Origin: an uncultured Methanobrevibacter sp.
Lineage (GTDB): Archaea > Methanobacteriota > Methanobacteria > Methanobacteriales > Methanobacteriaceae
Length of the DNA: 64,000 nt
Direction: 5' to 3'
NCBI RefSeq assembly: GCF_900314615.1
Contig: NZ_OMWA01000011.1
Location: 9,770 to 73,769 of the forward strand
Part shown: positions 50,582-61,585 of the stretch, in pieces
Numbering within the stretch: the first letter of the stretch is position 1
Layout: each line of letters starts with the position of its first letter
The notes under the pieces: model-generated
The model's database searches: none
Seen by the model: the letters and a program-made list of their open reading frames with translations, nothing else
What the model was told of the DNA's origin: nothing
Made by a program: the position numbers and the translations under genes

Positions 50582-50977
50582 TTACATTCCTCCGAAATGC
50601 TTTTTAATGAAATCCAAATCGATTTTTGCTTCGTTTTCAACAAGATAATGTACGTCACTTTCAGGATCTTCCACTTCTTTTATGTATTCATCGGCAGTGA
50701 GAATTTTAGCAATTGCAGTTGATCCGCTTACGAATTTGATTGATGCGAAGTATTCGTCATTGATTTTATCGTATAGTCTTCCTGCACTCATTGTTCCTTT
50801 GATGACGGTTCTTGTGCTGTTTGCTATGTATCCTATTTTTCCGAAATATCTCATTTCACATCTTATAGCTTCGGTATCGTATTTGTTGTCAGGTTCCTTT
50901 ACAAGCTTTACGATTCCGTTAAGTTTCAATGGCTTTTCACCATGCAGGTCATTAAATGATGTTATTGTAATGTACAT
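50582..50977 (-). CDS. HIRAN domain protein
   Basis: VKLVKEPDNKYDTEAI..KIGYIAN; TAA-ATG coupled to ARPP-1. Confidence 0.85.
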   Translation of the reverse strand: MYITITSFNDLHGEKPLKLNGIVKLVKEPDNKYDTEAIRCEMRYFGKIGYIANSTRTVIKGTMSAGRLYDKINDEYFASIKFVSGSTAIAKILTADEYIKEVEDPESDVHYLVENEAKIDLDFIKKHFGGM

Positions 50978-51015
50978 ATTATCACCTTGTGTATATATTG
51001 TGAATTTTTTAATAT

Positions 51016-52956
51016 TTAAATGTTTCTAAAGAAATTGTTGATATTTTCCCTGTGACCTATAAAGAGTATCAAATCATCTTCCAGGAACTTGAAATCCGGT
51101 TTGACTTCAATAAAAGTATCTTTTCCACGAACGACTCCGGTTACCTTCAGATTATGCTCTTCAAATGGGAAATCGTCAAGATGGGCATTTTCACTGACTC
51201 TTAAGGAGTCGATTTCCAGATCTGTGTATTTGTGGTTGAGGTATGTCTCGATGTCTTCGCTTGTAACGGTTCTGAATGCATCATAGTTGTCTGACCTTAA
51301 ATCATTCAGGGCATCAGCAATTTCATCTGAATCCTTGTTGTAGTAGTCCATGATTCTTGTAAACATCATAATACTTGTTTCAAACTCTTTTGGAATTACC
51401 TCGTCAGCTCCTGCCTCAATTACTTCGTTGATGTTTCTCAGATATTTTGTACGTACGATAATGTGGATGTCAGGATTAAGGCGTCTTGCAGCATCGATTG
51501 TTTTAAGTGTTCCCTCATAGGTGGATGCTGAAATGACTATGCACTGAGCTGAGGTAATGTTGAGCTCTTTTAAGACACTTTCGTTTGATGCATTTCCGTA
51601 AATGATAGGTATTCCCAAAGCCTGCTGGTTTTCAACAATGACTGGATTCATGTCAACGATGCGGTAGGGAATCTTGAATTCACTGCAGGCCTTTGCCATC
51701 TGTTTTCCGTTACGCCCCATACCTACAAGAATTACATGGTCTTTAATTTCACGGGGACTTTCTATCTCTTCAGGAAGGCTTTTAAGATCACTGTCAACCT
51801 TGAAGTAGTCTATTCTGGATATTGCAGAAACGATTTTAGGCGTAAGCTTTTCTAAAAACGGTGTTGATGACATTGTAAGGATGCTCACACCCAGAAATAT
51901 TGAGAAAAACTCATTTGTCATAAGTCCATAGGTCATTCCTTCACGGGCCAGTACAAAGGAAAATTCCCCAATTTGGCTTAAAAGGATTGCAATACTGACT
52001 GATATTTTTGTAGGCAGTTTAAGAGCCATTCCTGTTATAAGTGTTGCTGTAAAGTTGATAAGTAATATTACAACTGTCAGAGCAATGATAATGCCTATGT
52101 TTGCAAGGAAAAGATGGAGATTGACCATCAGACCGATACTTATGAAAAACAGGCTCATGAACACGTCCTGGAAAGGCTGGATGTATCCCAGTGTCTGGTG
52201 GGAATATTCGGTATTTGAAATGAGAAGTCCTGCCAGAAACGCTCCAAGTTCGGGTCCGATTCCGATAAGGCTTGTTGCAAATGTTGTTCCCATGCAGATG
52301 AACAGTGTCAGAAGCATAAAGAGATCCCTGTTTTTTGTACGGGCAGAATCTCTAAGGGCAAGAGGTATGAACCATTTTGCTCCAACATAGATTATCACTG
52401 CCAATCCCAGATATTTTAAAATCAGTGTCGGAAGTGCATTTATGACTAAGTCCTGGCCTCCTAATAATGGGGTAATTAAAATAACGATAATTACTGCAAT
52501 ATCCTGGAAAATCAGAATACCCAGTGTCACTCTTCCCTGAACTGAATGGGTGATGCGCTTTTGCTGCATGACTTTCATCACAATTGCTGTTGATGAAAAT
52601 GCAACGAGAAGTCCTAAAAATACGGCGCTGTTTAAATTCAGCCCTAAAACAAGGCCAAGCAGTGTTATCAGGGCGGTTGTAATGACTACCTGCAGTATCC
52701 CTCCAACAAGAGCATACTTCTTGATTGCCGAGAACTTTTCGGCTGAAAACTCAAGACCGATTATAAACAGCAGAAATATCACTCCAAGCTCAGAAAGGCT
52801 TGAAATCATACTGGTGTCGTTAATTACATGTCCCAGTACGATTCCTGTTATAAAAAGGCCAATCATTGTTGGCAATTTAAGTTTATTGAAAATAAGCAGC
52901 ACGAATACGGCTGTTATAAGAATCATTGATATGTTTTTAAGCAATAAAATATCCAT
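51016..52956 (-). CDS. CPA2 cation:proton antiporter with TrkA-N/TrkA-C domains (KefC-like)
   Basis: LSELGVIFLLFIIGLE, GILIFQDI, LSQIGEFSFVL, VILVGMGRNG. Confidence 0.92.
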   Translation of the reverse strand: MDILLLKNISMILITAVFVLLIFNKLKLPTMIGLFITGIVLGHVINDTSMISSLSELGVIFLLFIIGLEFSAEKFSAIKKYALVGGILQVVITTALITLLGLVLGLNLNSAVFLGLLVAFSSTAIVMKVMQQKRITHSVQGRVTLGILIFQDIAVIIVILITPLLGGQDLVINALPTLILKYLGLAVIIYVGAKWFIPLALRDSARTKNRDLFMLLTLFICMGTTFATSLIGIGPELGAFLAGLLISNTEYSHQTLGYIQPFQDVFMSLFFISIGLMVNLHLFLANIGIIIALTVVILLINFTATLITGMALKLPTKISVSIAILLSQIGEFSFVLAREGMTYGLMTNEFFSIFLGVSILTMSSTPFLEKLTPKIVSAISRIDYFKVDSDLKSLPEEIESPREIKDHVILVGMGRNGKQMAKACSEFKIPYRIVDMNPVIVENQQALGIPIIYGNASNESVLKELNITSAQCIVISASTYEGTLKTIDAARRLNPDIHIIVRTKYLRNINEVIEAGADEVIPKEFETSIMMFTRIMDYYNKDSDEIADALNDLRSDNYDAFRTVTSEDIETYLNHKYTDLEIDSLRVSENAHLDDFPFEEHNLKVTGVVRGKDTFIEVKPDFKFLEDDLILFIGHRENINNFFRNI

Positions 52957-53095
52957 TTTTTCCTCGTGTTTAATTAGGTATATTAAATCAATATATTGTC
53001 AGTTATATATTTTTTACATCAATATAATTTTAATTAAGTGTCAGGTAATAGTTAAAGTAATGCTGTGGTGTTAAAAAGAAAAAGGTGTAGTAGAT

Positions 53096-53707
53096 TTAAA
53101 TTCTACTAACTTTAATTAAAGATTCGACAGGAATGCCTTCAATTTCTGAAAGTCCCGCTTTATCAATGAGGACAACAACGCATGTTGGCTCTCCACCTAA
53201 ATCTTTTACTGTGTGGATTACTTCACGTGCTGTTTTTCCACTGGTAATGACGTCATCTACAATAACGACTTTTTTGCCTTCGACAGTTCCGAAGTTGGTA
53301 CTGATTGTTCCTTCGTCATCGCTTTCATCAGTATCTTTTCTGTGTTTGTTAGGGTGGAAAATAGCAAGGGATGTGTCGAATCCAGTCAAGTCTTCTAAAA
53401 ATTCAGTCATTACGGTTGCAAATGGAATACCGCTGACTGCAATTCCGCAGACAACTTCCGCATCACCATGTGCAATTGCCAAATCGCTTAAAGCGCCTGA
53501 AACATAACTTAAACGGGTTGAATTTCCGCCGATGCTTTTCCAGTTAATTGCAAAGTCTCCAGGAGCTTCAGCTTTTACTTCAGCTGTTTTTTGAAGGGTA
53601 AGCCATCTGGCAGTGTCCATACTTACATTAAGTTCGTCAGCAATTTCTCCGGTTGTAAATCCGTGTTGTCTAAGTTCTTGAGCCTTTTGAATTAATTTTT
53701 GTTTCAC
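53096..53707 (-). CDS. Orotate phosphoribosyltransferase-like protein with N-terminal HTH (GfcR family)
   Basis: [28 protein letters not shown]; [11 protein letters not shown]. Confidence 0.9.
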   Translation of the reverse strand: MKQKLIQKAQELRQHGFTTGEIADELNVSMDTARWLTLQKTAEVKAEAPGDFAINWKSIGGNSTRLSYVSGALSDLAIAHGDAEVVCGIAVSGIPFATVMTEFLEDLTGFDTSLAIFHPNKHRKDTDESDDEGTISTNFGTVEGKKVVIVDDVITSGKTAREVIHTVKDLGGEPTCVVVLIDKAGLSEIEGIPVESLIKVSRI

Positions 53708-53716
53708 ACTATCACC

Positions 53717-54673
53717 TTATTCCAGTTCATCAAAACTAATTGGTTTATGTTCTTTAGAAGATCTGTTAGCAGCAATAACCATTTTAAGAGCTTTAAGTCC
53801 ATCTTCACCTGTAATTTCAGGTTCCAAATCATTCACAACAGCGTTAAGGAATGATTTTAACTCTCCTTTCAATGGTTCTTCATGTTTGATTTCAATATCC
53901 TGAGCGAATTTACCGAATACTTCAATACTTTGTTTGATGTAGTCAACGGAAATGATTCCTGCAGTACCGGTAAGTTCCAGTTCTCTACGTTTGTACGGAG
54001 TTAACCAGTTTACTTCAATAATACCTGTTGATTCGTTTTCAAAGTTAACCATAATCTCTGCATGGTCTTCAAATTCAGAGTCGTCAAAACTGCAGTTCAT
54101 TGAACCGTATACCTGAATGACTTCTTCTTCAAAGAGATAATTCATAATGTCCAAATCGTGAATAGCTAAATCGATTGATACTCCTACATCCTTGATTCTT
54201 GGTGGGAGAGGTCCTACTCTTTTTGCAAATGCTGATACTACATCTCCAATTACTCCGTCATCAATAAGTTCTTTAGCTTTTTGAACTGCCGGGTTAAATC
54301 GCTCTACATGTCCGGTTGCAAGCATTACTCCAGCTTCTTTTGCAGCAGCAATCATTTCTTCTGCTTCATTTAATGTAAATGCGATTGGTTTTTCAACAAG
54401 TACGTGCTTTTTAGCCTTGATAGCTTCCATTACCACAGCATGGTGGAAAGTGGTCGGTACACATACGCTTACAGCTTCGATTTCCGGGTTTTTAAGTAGT
54501 TCGCAATAATCCGTATATCCTTTGGCACCATATTTTCTTTCTATTTTCTTAAGTGCTCTTTCACTAACGTCAGAAACAGCAATTAAATCTGCCTCTTCCA
54601 TCTTATGATATACACGGACATGGTTTTCACCCATAGCTCCTACTCCGATAACTCCTACTTTAACAGTTTTCAC
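53717..54673 (-). CDS. Gfo/Idh/MocA oxidoreductase
   Basis: VGVIGVGAMG, HVLVEKPIA, GHVERFNPA, DLAIHDLD. Confidence 0.92.
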   Translation of the reverse strand: MKTVKVGVIGVGAMGENHVRVYHKMEEADLIAVSDVSERALKKIERKYGAKGYTDYCELLKNPEIEAVSVCVPTTFHHAVVMEAIKAKKHVLVEKPIAFTLNEAEEMIAAAKEAGVMLATGHVERFNPAVQKAKELIDDGVIGDVVSAFAKRVGPLPPRIKDVGVSIDLAIHDLDIMNYLFEEEVIQVYGSMNCSFDDSEFEDHAEIMVNFENESTGIIEVNWLTPYKRRELELTGTAGIISVDYIKQSIEVFGKFAQDIEIKHEEPLKGELKSFLNAVVNDLEPEITGEDGLKALKMVIAANRSSKEHKPISFDELE

Positions 54674-54687
54674 TACAATTCCTCCGT

Positions 54688-55557
54688 TTATACGTAATCT
54701 TCAAAAGTCTTTCCAATGCGTCTCCCAAGTTCAAGCGCATTTTTGATGGAACCTTTTTCAGTCTGCTTTTTAAGGATTTCTCCTTCTTTAGTTAATAATA
54801 TTGAATAAATATTAAATTCTTTATCTCTCACACGTGCAATTGCTCCAATAGGCCATTGACACCCAACTCCAAGCTCTTCAAGCACGCTTTTTTCTGCAAG
54901 TACTTCCTGCATTGAAACATAATCATTCAATTTTTCAATAGTCCTGTTGAATTCACAATCCTTTCTGGTAATGATGGCCAGAGCCCCCTGACCTGCAGGA
55001 GGTGTAATGTAGTCCAGCGGAAATACGTCTTTGATGTATTCTGTCAGATTCAACCTTTTCAGTCCGGCTTCAGCCATAATTGTCCCATCCAAATCACTGT
55101 TTAAAGCCTTGTCTATTCTGGTTTCAATATTTCCACGAATAGGTTTAAGCTCGAAATCCTTTTCGTAGTGATTTAAAAAGGCCTCTCTTCTAAGGCTGCT
55201 GGTTCCCATTTTGGATCCAGGTTCCAGTTCATCCCAGTTCTTGTGAGATATGAGGACTTCATGTGGAGATTCACGCTTTGGAACAGCAACAATTCTTAAA
55301 TCTTCGTCGAGTTCTGTTGGCAAATCCTTAAAACTGTGTACGGTAAAATCAACTTCCTCTTCAAGAAGTGCAATATCAAGTTCCTTGGTGAAAAGACCTT
55401 TGGAATCCATATTGTATAATTGTGAGGTGGTAATTTTATCTCCTTTAGTTTTAATAACTTCTACATCAATTTTCTCACCTGTAATTCGAGACAGGTCTCT
55501 ACAGACTTGTGTAGTTTGCGCTAGAGCCAATTTACTTCCACGAGTTCCAACAATCAT
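54688..55557 (-). CDS. hemC: Hydroxymethylbilane synthase
   Basis: GTRGSKLALAQ, GLFTKELD, VHSFKDLPT, GTSSLRR, RGNIETR, LGVGC. Confidence 0.97.
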   Translation of the reverse strand: MIVGTRGSKLALAQTTQVCRDLSRITGEKIDVEVIKTKGDKITTSQLYNMDSKGLFTKELDIALLEEEVDFTVHSFKDLPTELDEDLRIVAVPKRESPHEVLISHKNWDELEPGSKMGTSSLRREAFLNHYEKDFELKPIRGNIETRIDKALNSDLDGTIMAEAGLKRLNLTEYIKDVFPLDYITPPAGQGALAIITRKDCEFNRTIEKLNDYVSMQEVLAEKSVLEELGVGCQWPIGAIARVRDKEFNIYSILLTKEGEILKKQTEKGSIKNALELGRRIGKTFEDYV

Positions 55558-55701
55558 TATTTAAATCTCCGAATTTTTCTTTTCTAGAAAAATTAATTTT
55601 TACTAGAATACAAGTTGATACTTGTAACTAGTCCTACATTGTTAATTTTTATAGCTATTTATTATTAAATGTTTCAATTTTTAGTATAAAATAGTTGTAA
55701 T

Positions 55702-57123
55702 TTATCTCTGTGAAACTTTGCTGTAATTGGAGCGGTAGATAAACAGAAGATTTTTACCGTCCCGTTTTGCCATATCAAAAATATTAGTGTAATCGGCCAT
55801 GACTTTAACGTCGCGCTTCATCAGTGAAGCTATTGAAGAACCGACGTCTCCTGTAAGTATAATATCACAGTTCAGACTGTCCAGGTATTCGCTAACTTTT
55901 AACTCATCAATTTCTTCACATGTAATTCCATAGTCACCGCCAACTGCAATGTAATAGGAGTCCAAATTCCTAATCATGTTTATAGACTGCTTTATGGCTT
56001 CGGTATTTATGCCTGGATTAATCTCTTCAATTATAATAAATTCTCCATTACTTCTTTTATTGGTTCTTCCAGTAATTCCATTATAATTTCTTAATCCTTC
56101 AGCAATTTGTTTTTCATCAATTTCCAAAACTAATGCGGTCAGTACAACTCCCAATACGTTTGAAACGTGATGAGGTCCTGGTGCAAATGTTTTAACCGTT
56201 AAAGCACCTGATAAATTTTGGCCTGAAATTGTGGTTATTTCACGGTATTTTATCCGGATTTCAGTTCTGTCAAGTGAAAAATCAACCTTTTCGACATAGA
56301 GATTTGCACTTTTGTCGGTAAGTGAAAACGTGCTGATGTGGGGATGTGAAACATCACTGTAGTACTTATCATAAGCTTCCTTTTCACACACTACATTAGG
56401 GCATCTGAAAACCTGCCTTTTGGCCTGACTTGCTGTTGATTTTTTCTTAGCTATTGAGTAGTTTTCAGAGATATTGGTTAAAAGCCCCACATCTCCAACA
56501 CCGCTTACTCCAAGTGATGATTCAAATATTGCTGATGAGTATTTTCTGAGGTTTTCACTTTCAACATGACCTTCAGCGATTTCACATACAGGATTTGCAA
56601 TCTTATATGCAAGATCAACTGTCTCTTTTATGTTTGCAGGGGTGATTGAAATGTTTTTCTTAAGTATAATCTCCTTGCCGTTTTCATATAAAATGGCGCC
56701 GAGGCTTGATAAAATCAGCGGATTTTCACTGATCATGATTTCTTTAAGCATAAAAACAGAGCTGGTCTTTCCTTTAACGCCTGTAACTTCAACAACAGGG
56801 ATATCATCGCCCCAGCCCTCAAGAATTTCACATACGGCTTCATGATGTGTTAAAAAGGTATAATTTAAATTCGGATTGTTTTTTGAAATTTCATCTCGGG
56901 TTAAAGGAAGGTGAACCGGATAAATTATCTTCAAATCATCTTCAAAACCGGCCAAATCAGATAAATCCTCAAGCAGTTCGACACCGTAGGCTTCAAGCAT
57001 CTGCATGTCGGCACTTTTTAAAGTTCCGTAAATGTCATAGGCATAAACATTTTCACCCTTCTTTTTAAGGCTTACGGATATTTTTACTCCTCCGTGAGTG
57101 AGATCAATTACAAGATTATTCAT
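55702..57123 (-). CDS. cfbE: Coenzyme F430 synthase (Mur ligase-like)
   Basis: LVIDLTHGG, VEVTGVKGKTS, SITPA, FESSLG, EEINPGIN. Confidence 0.9.
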   Translation of the reverse strand: MNNLVIDLTHGGVKISVSLKKKGENVYAYDIYGTLKSADMQMLEAYGVELLEDLSDLAGFEDDLKIIYPVHLPLTRDEISKNNPNLNYTFLTHHEAVCEILEGWGDDIPVVEVTGVKGKTSSVFMLKEIMISENPLILSSLGAILYENGKEIILKKNISITPANIKETVDLAYKIANPVCEIAEGHVESENLRKYSSAIFESSLGVSGVGDVGLLTNISENYSIAKKKSTASQAKRQVFRCPNVVCEKEAYDKYYSDVSHPHISTFSLTDKSANLYVEKVDFSLDRTEIRIKYREITTISGQNLSGALTVKTFAPGPHHVSNVLGVVLTALVLEIDEKQIAEGLRNYNGITGRTNKRSNGEFIIIEEINPGINTEAIKQSINMIRNLDSYYIAVGGDYGITCEEIDELKVSEYLDSLNCDIILTGDVGSSIASLMKRDVKVMADYTNIFDMAKRDGKNLLFIYRSNYSKVSQR

Positions 57124-58975
57124 TTGCGCACCCGTTGGAGTTATTGATGCCTCCAGCGTTCAGTTTGTCTTTAACTTTCTTGTAGAAGTATTTGGATGAT
57201 GTTCTGATGAAGTATGCAGGCTTGTCGGATTTCTTGAATTTGATTTCCTCTTCGTATTCAGCTTCCTCGTTTCGCTGACCATCCATAACAAATACTGCTG
57301 TTTTTCCCTTTTTAAGCAGTTTTACTGTAATTTCACTGTTGTCAGATACGATAAACGGTCTTGCTCCAAGCTTGTAAGGACAGATTGGAATGATAATGAA
57401 TCCTCCGACTTTAGGATCAAGAATAGGGCCTCCGGCAGACATCGCATATGCTGTAGAACCGCTCGGAGTTGAAATGATAAGTCCGTCAGCTCTGACCTCA
57501 TCAATGATTTCTCCGTCTACCTTAATCTCGAATTGGAGCATCTTGGCGGTCTGATTGGTCATTATAACCACTTCATTGATTGCTGAGTAGTGGTTGTTTT
57601 CGTGGGAGACTACAAGCCGTGTTCTTTTCTCACGGTAATATTCTCCTTTAAGGATTTCATCAAGGGCGGTGAATGTGTCTTTAACTTCTGTGTCTGTTAA
57701 AAATCCGACAGTTCCCATGTTTATACCGAATATTGGTATTGTAGGTTTCATTTTGGCCTGTGCACGGAGCAGTGTTCCGTCTCCTCCAAGAATGATTGCC
57801 ATATCGCATTCAAAGTCATAGATGTTTCTTGAAAGGGTATCATAGTTGATTTTGAAGTTGATGTTTGAAAACTCGTCTGCAATTTCAGGATACGCCTTTT
57901 TGGCATTTTCAATGACTTCAGATAACCTTGGACTTTCAACAAGTTCGATAATCTTTCTTGAAACACTTTTTTCAATAATCACTTCACGTCCGTTGGTTAG
58001 AAGATAGTCAACGAGCTTTGCTGCAAAAAGCACGGCCTTGTCCTGGTCGATTCTTCCCACAATTCCGATTTTACCGATTACGTCAGTCTGATTGTCATTT
58101 AAAATATCAATCATCTGCTTGTGAAGTATTGTGGTGTTTGCTGCAACGACAATTGTCTTTTCATAGATGCTCAATGTGTTGTTCAAGTTTTCACCATACT
58201 TATCGGTGATTATTCCGCCGGCTTCTTCAAGAATAAGTTTGGCAGCGGCAATGTCAATTATTCGGCTTCCCCTAAGGTCAATGAATGCGTCATATCTTCC
58301 GCTTGCAACATATGAAAGTTCCAGAACTACGCTTCCAAGCACTCTCATTCTTCTTGCATTATCAACAAGTTTTGATGCCTGTGATGTTCCGCTTTTGGTA
58401 AAACCTCCAAGGGTCATGTTGCTTATTCTGACTTCATCGCTTGGATGAACCCTTTTATTATTGAGCCAGCATCCTTTTCCCTTTTCGGCTTCAAAGAAGT
58501 TACCGTTTGCAAGGTTGCTTATAAAAGCAAGTTCGACGTCATTCAATGTTGCAACTCTTCCGTCCGGTACGCTTGCAACGGCAAGTGAAATTGCAAATGC
58601 CGGAATTTCCTTGATTGCATTGCTTGTTCCGTCAATAGGATCAACCAGAAAGATGAATTTAGGTTTTTCATCTTCTGGAATGTCAGTACGTCTAAGCTCC
58701 TGAGTAAGGGAAACGCTTCTTTTTGTTCCTTTACCTAATTTCAGCTCACCGATTTCCTCACTGACTATATAAGAATAAACTGGTGCTTCCTTTAGTATAT
58801 GCACAACTTTTTCTTCTGATATAACATCAATTAAGGAAGTTGGTGTTCCGTCAGCACCTATCTTTACCTTTTCACCCGCTTCAGGTTTTCCAAAGTAGGG
58901 CCTTGTTGCTCGGCTTACTTCCTTAATGATTTCATATGCAAGGTCTGTTGCAATTTTTTTGTCCTTAGCATCCAT
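57116..58975 (-). CDS. Bifunctional NADP phosphatase (IMPase-like) / NAD kinase
   Basis: VDPIDGT, DIAAAKLILEEAGG; GGDGTLL, NEVV, DGLIISTPSGSTAY. Confidence 0.95.
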   Translation of the reverse strand: MDAKDKKIATDLAYEIIKEVSRATRPYFGKPEAGEKVKIGADGTPTSLIDVISEEKVVHILKEAPVYSYIVSEEIGELKLGKGTKRSVSLTQELRRTDIPEDEKPKFIFLVDPIDGTSNAIKEIPAFAISLAVASVPDGRVATLNDVELAFISNLANGNFFEAEKGKGCWLNNKRVHPSDEVRISNMTLGGFTKSGTSQASKLVDNARRMRVLGSVVLELSYVASGRYDAFIDLRGSRIIDIAAAKLILEEAGGIITDKYGENLNNTLSIYEKTIVVAANTTILHKQMIDILNDNQTDVIGKIGIVGRIDQDKAVLFAAKLVDYLLTNGREVIIEKSVSRKIIELVESPRLSEVIENAKKAYPEIADEFSNINFKINYDTLSRNIYDFECDMAIILGGDGTLLRAQAKMKPTIPIFGINMGTVGFLTDTEVKDTFTALDEILKGEYYREKRTRLVVSHENNHYSAINEVVIMTNQTAKMLQFEIKVDGEIIDEVRADGLIISTPSGSTAYAMSAGGPILDPKVGGFIIIPICPYKLGARPFIVSDNSEITVKLLKKGKTAVFVMDGQRNEEAEYEEEIKFKKSDKPAYFIRTSSKYFYKKVKDKLNAGGINNSNGCANE

Positions 58976-58999
58976 GTTTTCACCGTTTTTTGTTAATAG

Positions 59000-59461
59000 T
59001 TATTTTTGAATAATTTCATCTGTAATGTAGACTACGCTTGATACGACTGATGCGATTTCTTTAACTGTGGTTGTTGAGGGATTGATGATCAGTTTTTTGA
59101 TTTCAACGTCACGTTTTTCCATCATGTATCTTGCCATAAATTCAGCTTCATCAACAAGCTCATCAGGGTCTTTGTTGATTCCTGATGTTTCAACAACGCA
59201 TCCTAGTCGCTCTCCAATTGCTATGGCTGTTACTGCGGTTATTTCATCGCCGGGATTATCTGAAGTAACACATGAAAGAACGCAGTTCACCATGCTTCCT
59301 GGTTTCAATTCAGGCAAATCCACAATTTGGGCATTGCCTGCAAGCATGCTGGAAACTTTGATGAGATTTACATCTCCAATTCCGGCATCGCTTAATGCAT
59401 TGTCAAAAGCGTTCAATTTTGTTGGGCCTTCATCTTTTCCATTAACAATAGCTATTTTCAT
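59000..59461 (-). CDS. pdaD: Pyruvoyl-dependent arginine decarboxylase
   Basis: LNAFDNALSDAGIGDVNLIKVSSML. Confidence 0.92.
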   Translation of the reverse strand: MKIAIVNGKDEGPTKLNAFDNALSDAGIGDVNLIKVSSMLAGNAQIVDLPELKPGSMVNCVLSCVTSDNPGDEITAVTAIAIGERLGCVVETSGINKDPDELVDEAEFMARYMMEKRDVEIKKLIINPSTTTVKEIASVVSSVVYITDEIIQK

Positions 59462-59553
59462 AATAATTATATTTAGTTCAATTAGGTTAAAAATATTTAG
59501 ATTAACTATTTAAATGCTTAATTTTATAAATAGTATATATTTTGGTGATTGTA

Positions 59554-60108
59554 ATGAAAGTATTAGGAATTAATACAAGTCCAAGAAAAGAAAGTAACGT
59601 AAGAATTGCTTTGGAGACTGCCCTGAAGGCACTTGAAGCAAAAGATGTCGAATGTGAAATTGTTGATGTTAACGCAATGGTAATCTCCCCATGTCAGGGT
59701 GACAACTACTGCAAAGAACACGAATCCCAGTGCGCTTTAAACGACGATATGGTTGATATATACGAAAAAATCGAAGAGGCTGACGGAATTATTCTTGCAA
59801 GCCCAATATACTTCTGTGACGTAAACGCACAGGCAAAAGCTGTAATTGACAGGTTGTATTCCTATTTCATGGATGAAACCTATCAGGAACTTTTCTCTTC
59901 CAAAAAAGTATCCATCATTGCAACTCATGGAGCTGCACCTTTAGAAGCATTTGAAAGTTCCCTCAACACTCAGATGGCAGCATTTCAGGTTTTAGGATTC
60001 CAGCCGGGCGATATCCTTGCACTCAATGACAACAATGTTCCGGGTTCAATAAAAGACAAAGCTGAACAGCTCAAACAGGCTAGCGAACTTGGTGAAAAAT
60101 TATTATAG
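59554..60108 (+). CDS. Flavodoxin-like / iron-sulfur flavoprotein family
   Basis: INTSPRKESN, PCQGDNYC..C, ADGIILASPIYF. Confidence 0.88.
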   Translation: MKVLGINTSPRKESNVRIALETALKALEAKDVECEIVDVNAMVISPCQGDNYCKEHESQCALNDDMVDIYEKIEEADGIILASPIYFCDVNAQAKAVIDRLYSYFMDETYQELFSSKKVSIIATHGAAPLEAFESSLNTQMAAFQVLGFQPGDILALNDNNVPGSIKDKAEQLKQASELGEKLL

Positions 60109-60142
60109 TGAAAAATTCTTTTTCACTTTTCCTTTTTTTATT
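60107..60142 (+). terminator. Hairpin plus T-tract
   Basis: agtgaaaaa-ttc-tttttcact followed by T-runs. Confidence 0.6.
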
Positions 60143-60280
60143 TTTAAAAATTTTTCAATTTCTAAAAACCGCTGAAATAAACGAATACTTTATATAAAAT
60201 AGGAAATATAGTTTATATTAATCTAATAATAATGCTTATTATAAGATTAAAAACCGGTTTTTAATTATGGAGGAAAATGA

Positions 60281-60679
60281 ATGTCAACAAAAGTTGTAGA
60301 AATTAAAACATTAAAAGTTGGAAAATACATTGTATTAGGCGGAGAAGCTTGTAAAATTATCAGTTACACTACTTCATCCCCAGGTAAACACGGAGCTGCA
60401 AAAGCTAGAATCGAAGCTGTAGGTATCTTTGACAACCAAAAAAGAAGCCTCGTAAAACCTGTAGATAACAAAGTAGATACTCCTATTATCGACAAAAGAT
60501 TAGGACAAGTTATTTCAATCCAAGGTGACACTGTTCAGTTAATGGATATGGAAAACTACGACACCATTGACTTACCAATGCCTGAAGACTTAAAAGACTC
60601 TATCGTTGAAGGTATTGAAGTTGAATACATTGTCGCTTTAGGAAACATGAAAATAATGAGAACTAGAGGATCTAACTAG
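60281..60679 (+). CDS. eif5a: Translation initiation/elongation factor 5A
   Basis: [13 protein letters not shown] hypusine loop. Confidence 0.97.
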   Translation: MSTKVVEIKTLKVGKYIVLGGEACKIISYTTSSPGKHGAAKARIEAVGIFDNQKRSLVKPVDNKVDTPIIDKRLGQVISIQGDTVQLMDMENYDTIDLPMPEDLKDSIVEGIEVEYIVALGNMKIMRTRGSN

Positions 60680-60718
60680 ATTCCTTTTCTCTTATTTATT
60701 TTCCTTTAGAGATTAATT

Positions 60719-61585
60719 ATGCTTTTAAATACTTACGAACCGTGGAAATTTGCATTCTCTCAAGAAATTGAGGATATAAAGGAAAATTCATTTGGATTAA
60801 TCGGAGTTCCATTTGACAGCACTACTTCTTATCACTCCGGTGCACGTTTAGGGCCAATTGTTGTACGTGAAGCTTCATTTGGTTTTGAAAAATTTAATAC
60901 TGTTTTTAACAAGGATTTGGATACTGATTTTTATGATTTCGGTGATGTTAACGTTGTTCCTGGAAACTGCCAGAAAACATGCAACATCGTTGAAGACACA
61001 GTCAATGAACTACTTGATTTGAATCTAAAACCTATAATAATCGGCGGAGAACATTCTGCATCAATCGGAGCAATCAAGGCTTTGACTGACAGATATGAAA
61101 AGCTTACTGTAATACATCTTGATGCTCACAGGGACCTGGCATTTGATTTTGTAGGTGAAAAGTACTCTCATGCAACCGTAATGAGAAGAGCTCATGAAAT
61201 GGGAGCAAATCTTGTACAAATTGGAATTAGATCATCTTCCAAGAAGGAAGAGGAATTCGTAAAATCAACATATGACATCCAGACATTCAGAAACAGAGAT
61301 GTCCATAAGCATATGGATGCAATTGAGTATTATCTGGTAAACATTGACGGACCTATTTATATATCAATAGATATGGATGTAATTGATCCTGCCATTGCGC
61401 CAAGCGTTGGAAACCCGACTCCCGGCGGACTGGAAGTATTCCATCTTGAAAAGATTCTTGAAACATTATGCCACAAAAATATTGTTGGTTTGGATGTCGT
61501 TGAAACTGCTACAGATAAGTTGGGAGACAATACTGCAGTTGTGGCGGCTAAAATCATTTATGACTTTTTAACACTGATTGAATAA
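60719..61585 (+). CDS. speB: Agmatinase
   Basis: GVPFD, GARLGP, GGEHS, HLDAHRD, SIDMDVIDP; next to eIF5A and pdaD. Confidence 0.93.
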   Translation: MLLNTYEPWKFAFSQEIEDIKENSFGLIGVPFDSTTSYHSGARLGPIVVREASFGFEKFNTVFNKDLDTDFYDFGDVNVVPGNCQKTCNIVEDTVNELLDLNLKPIIIGGEHSASIGAIKALTDRYEKLTVIHLDAHRDLAFDFVGEKYSHATVMRRAHEMGANLVQIGIRSSSKKEEEFVKSTYDIQTFRNRDVHKHMDAIEYYLVNIDGPIYISIDMDVIDPAIAPSVGNPTPGGLEVFHLEKILETLCHKNIVGLDVVETATDKLGDNTAVVAAKIIYDFLTLIE

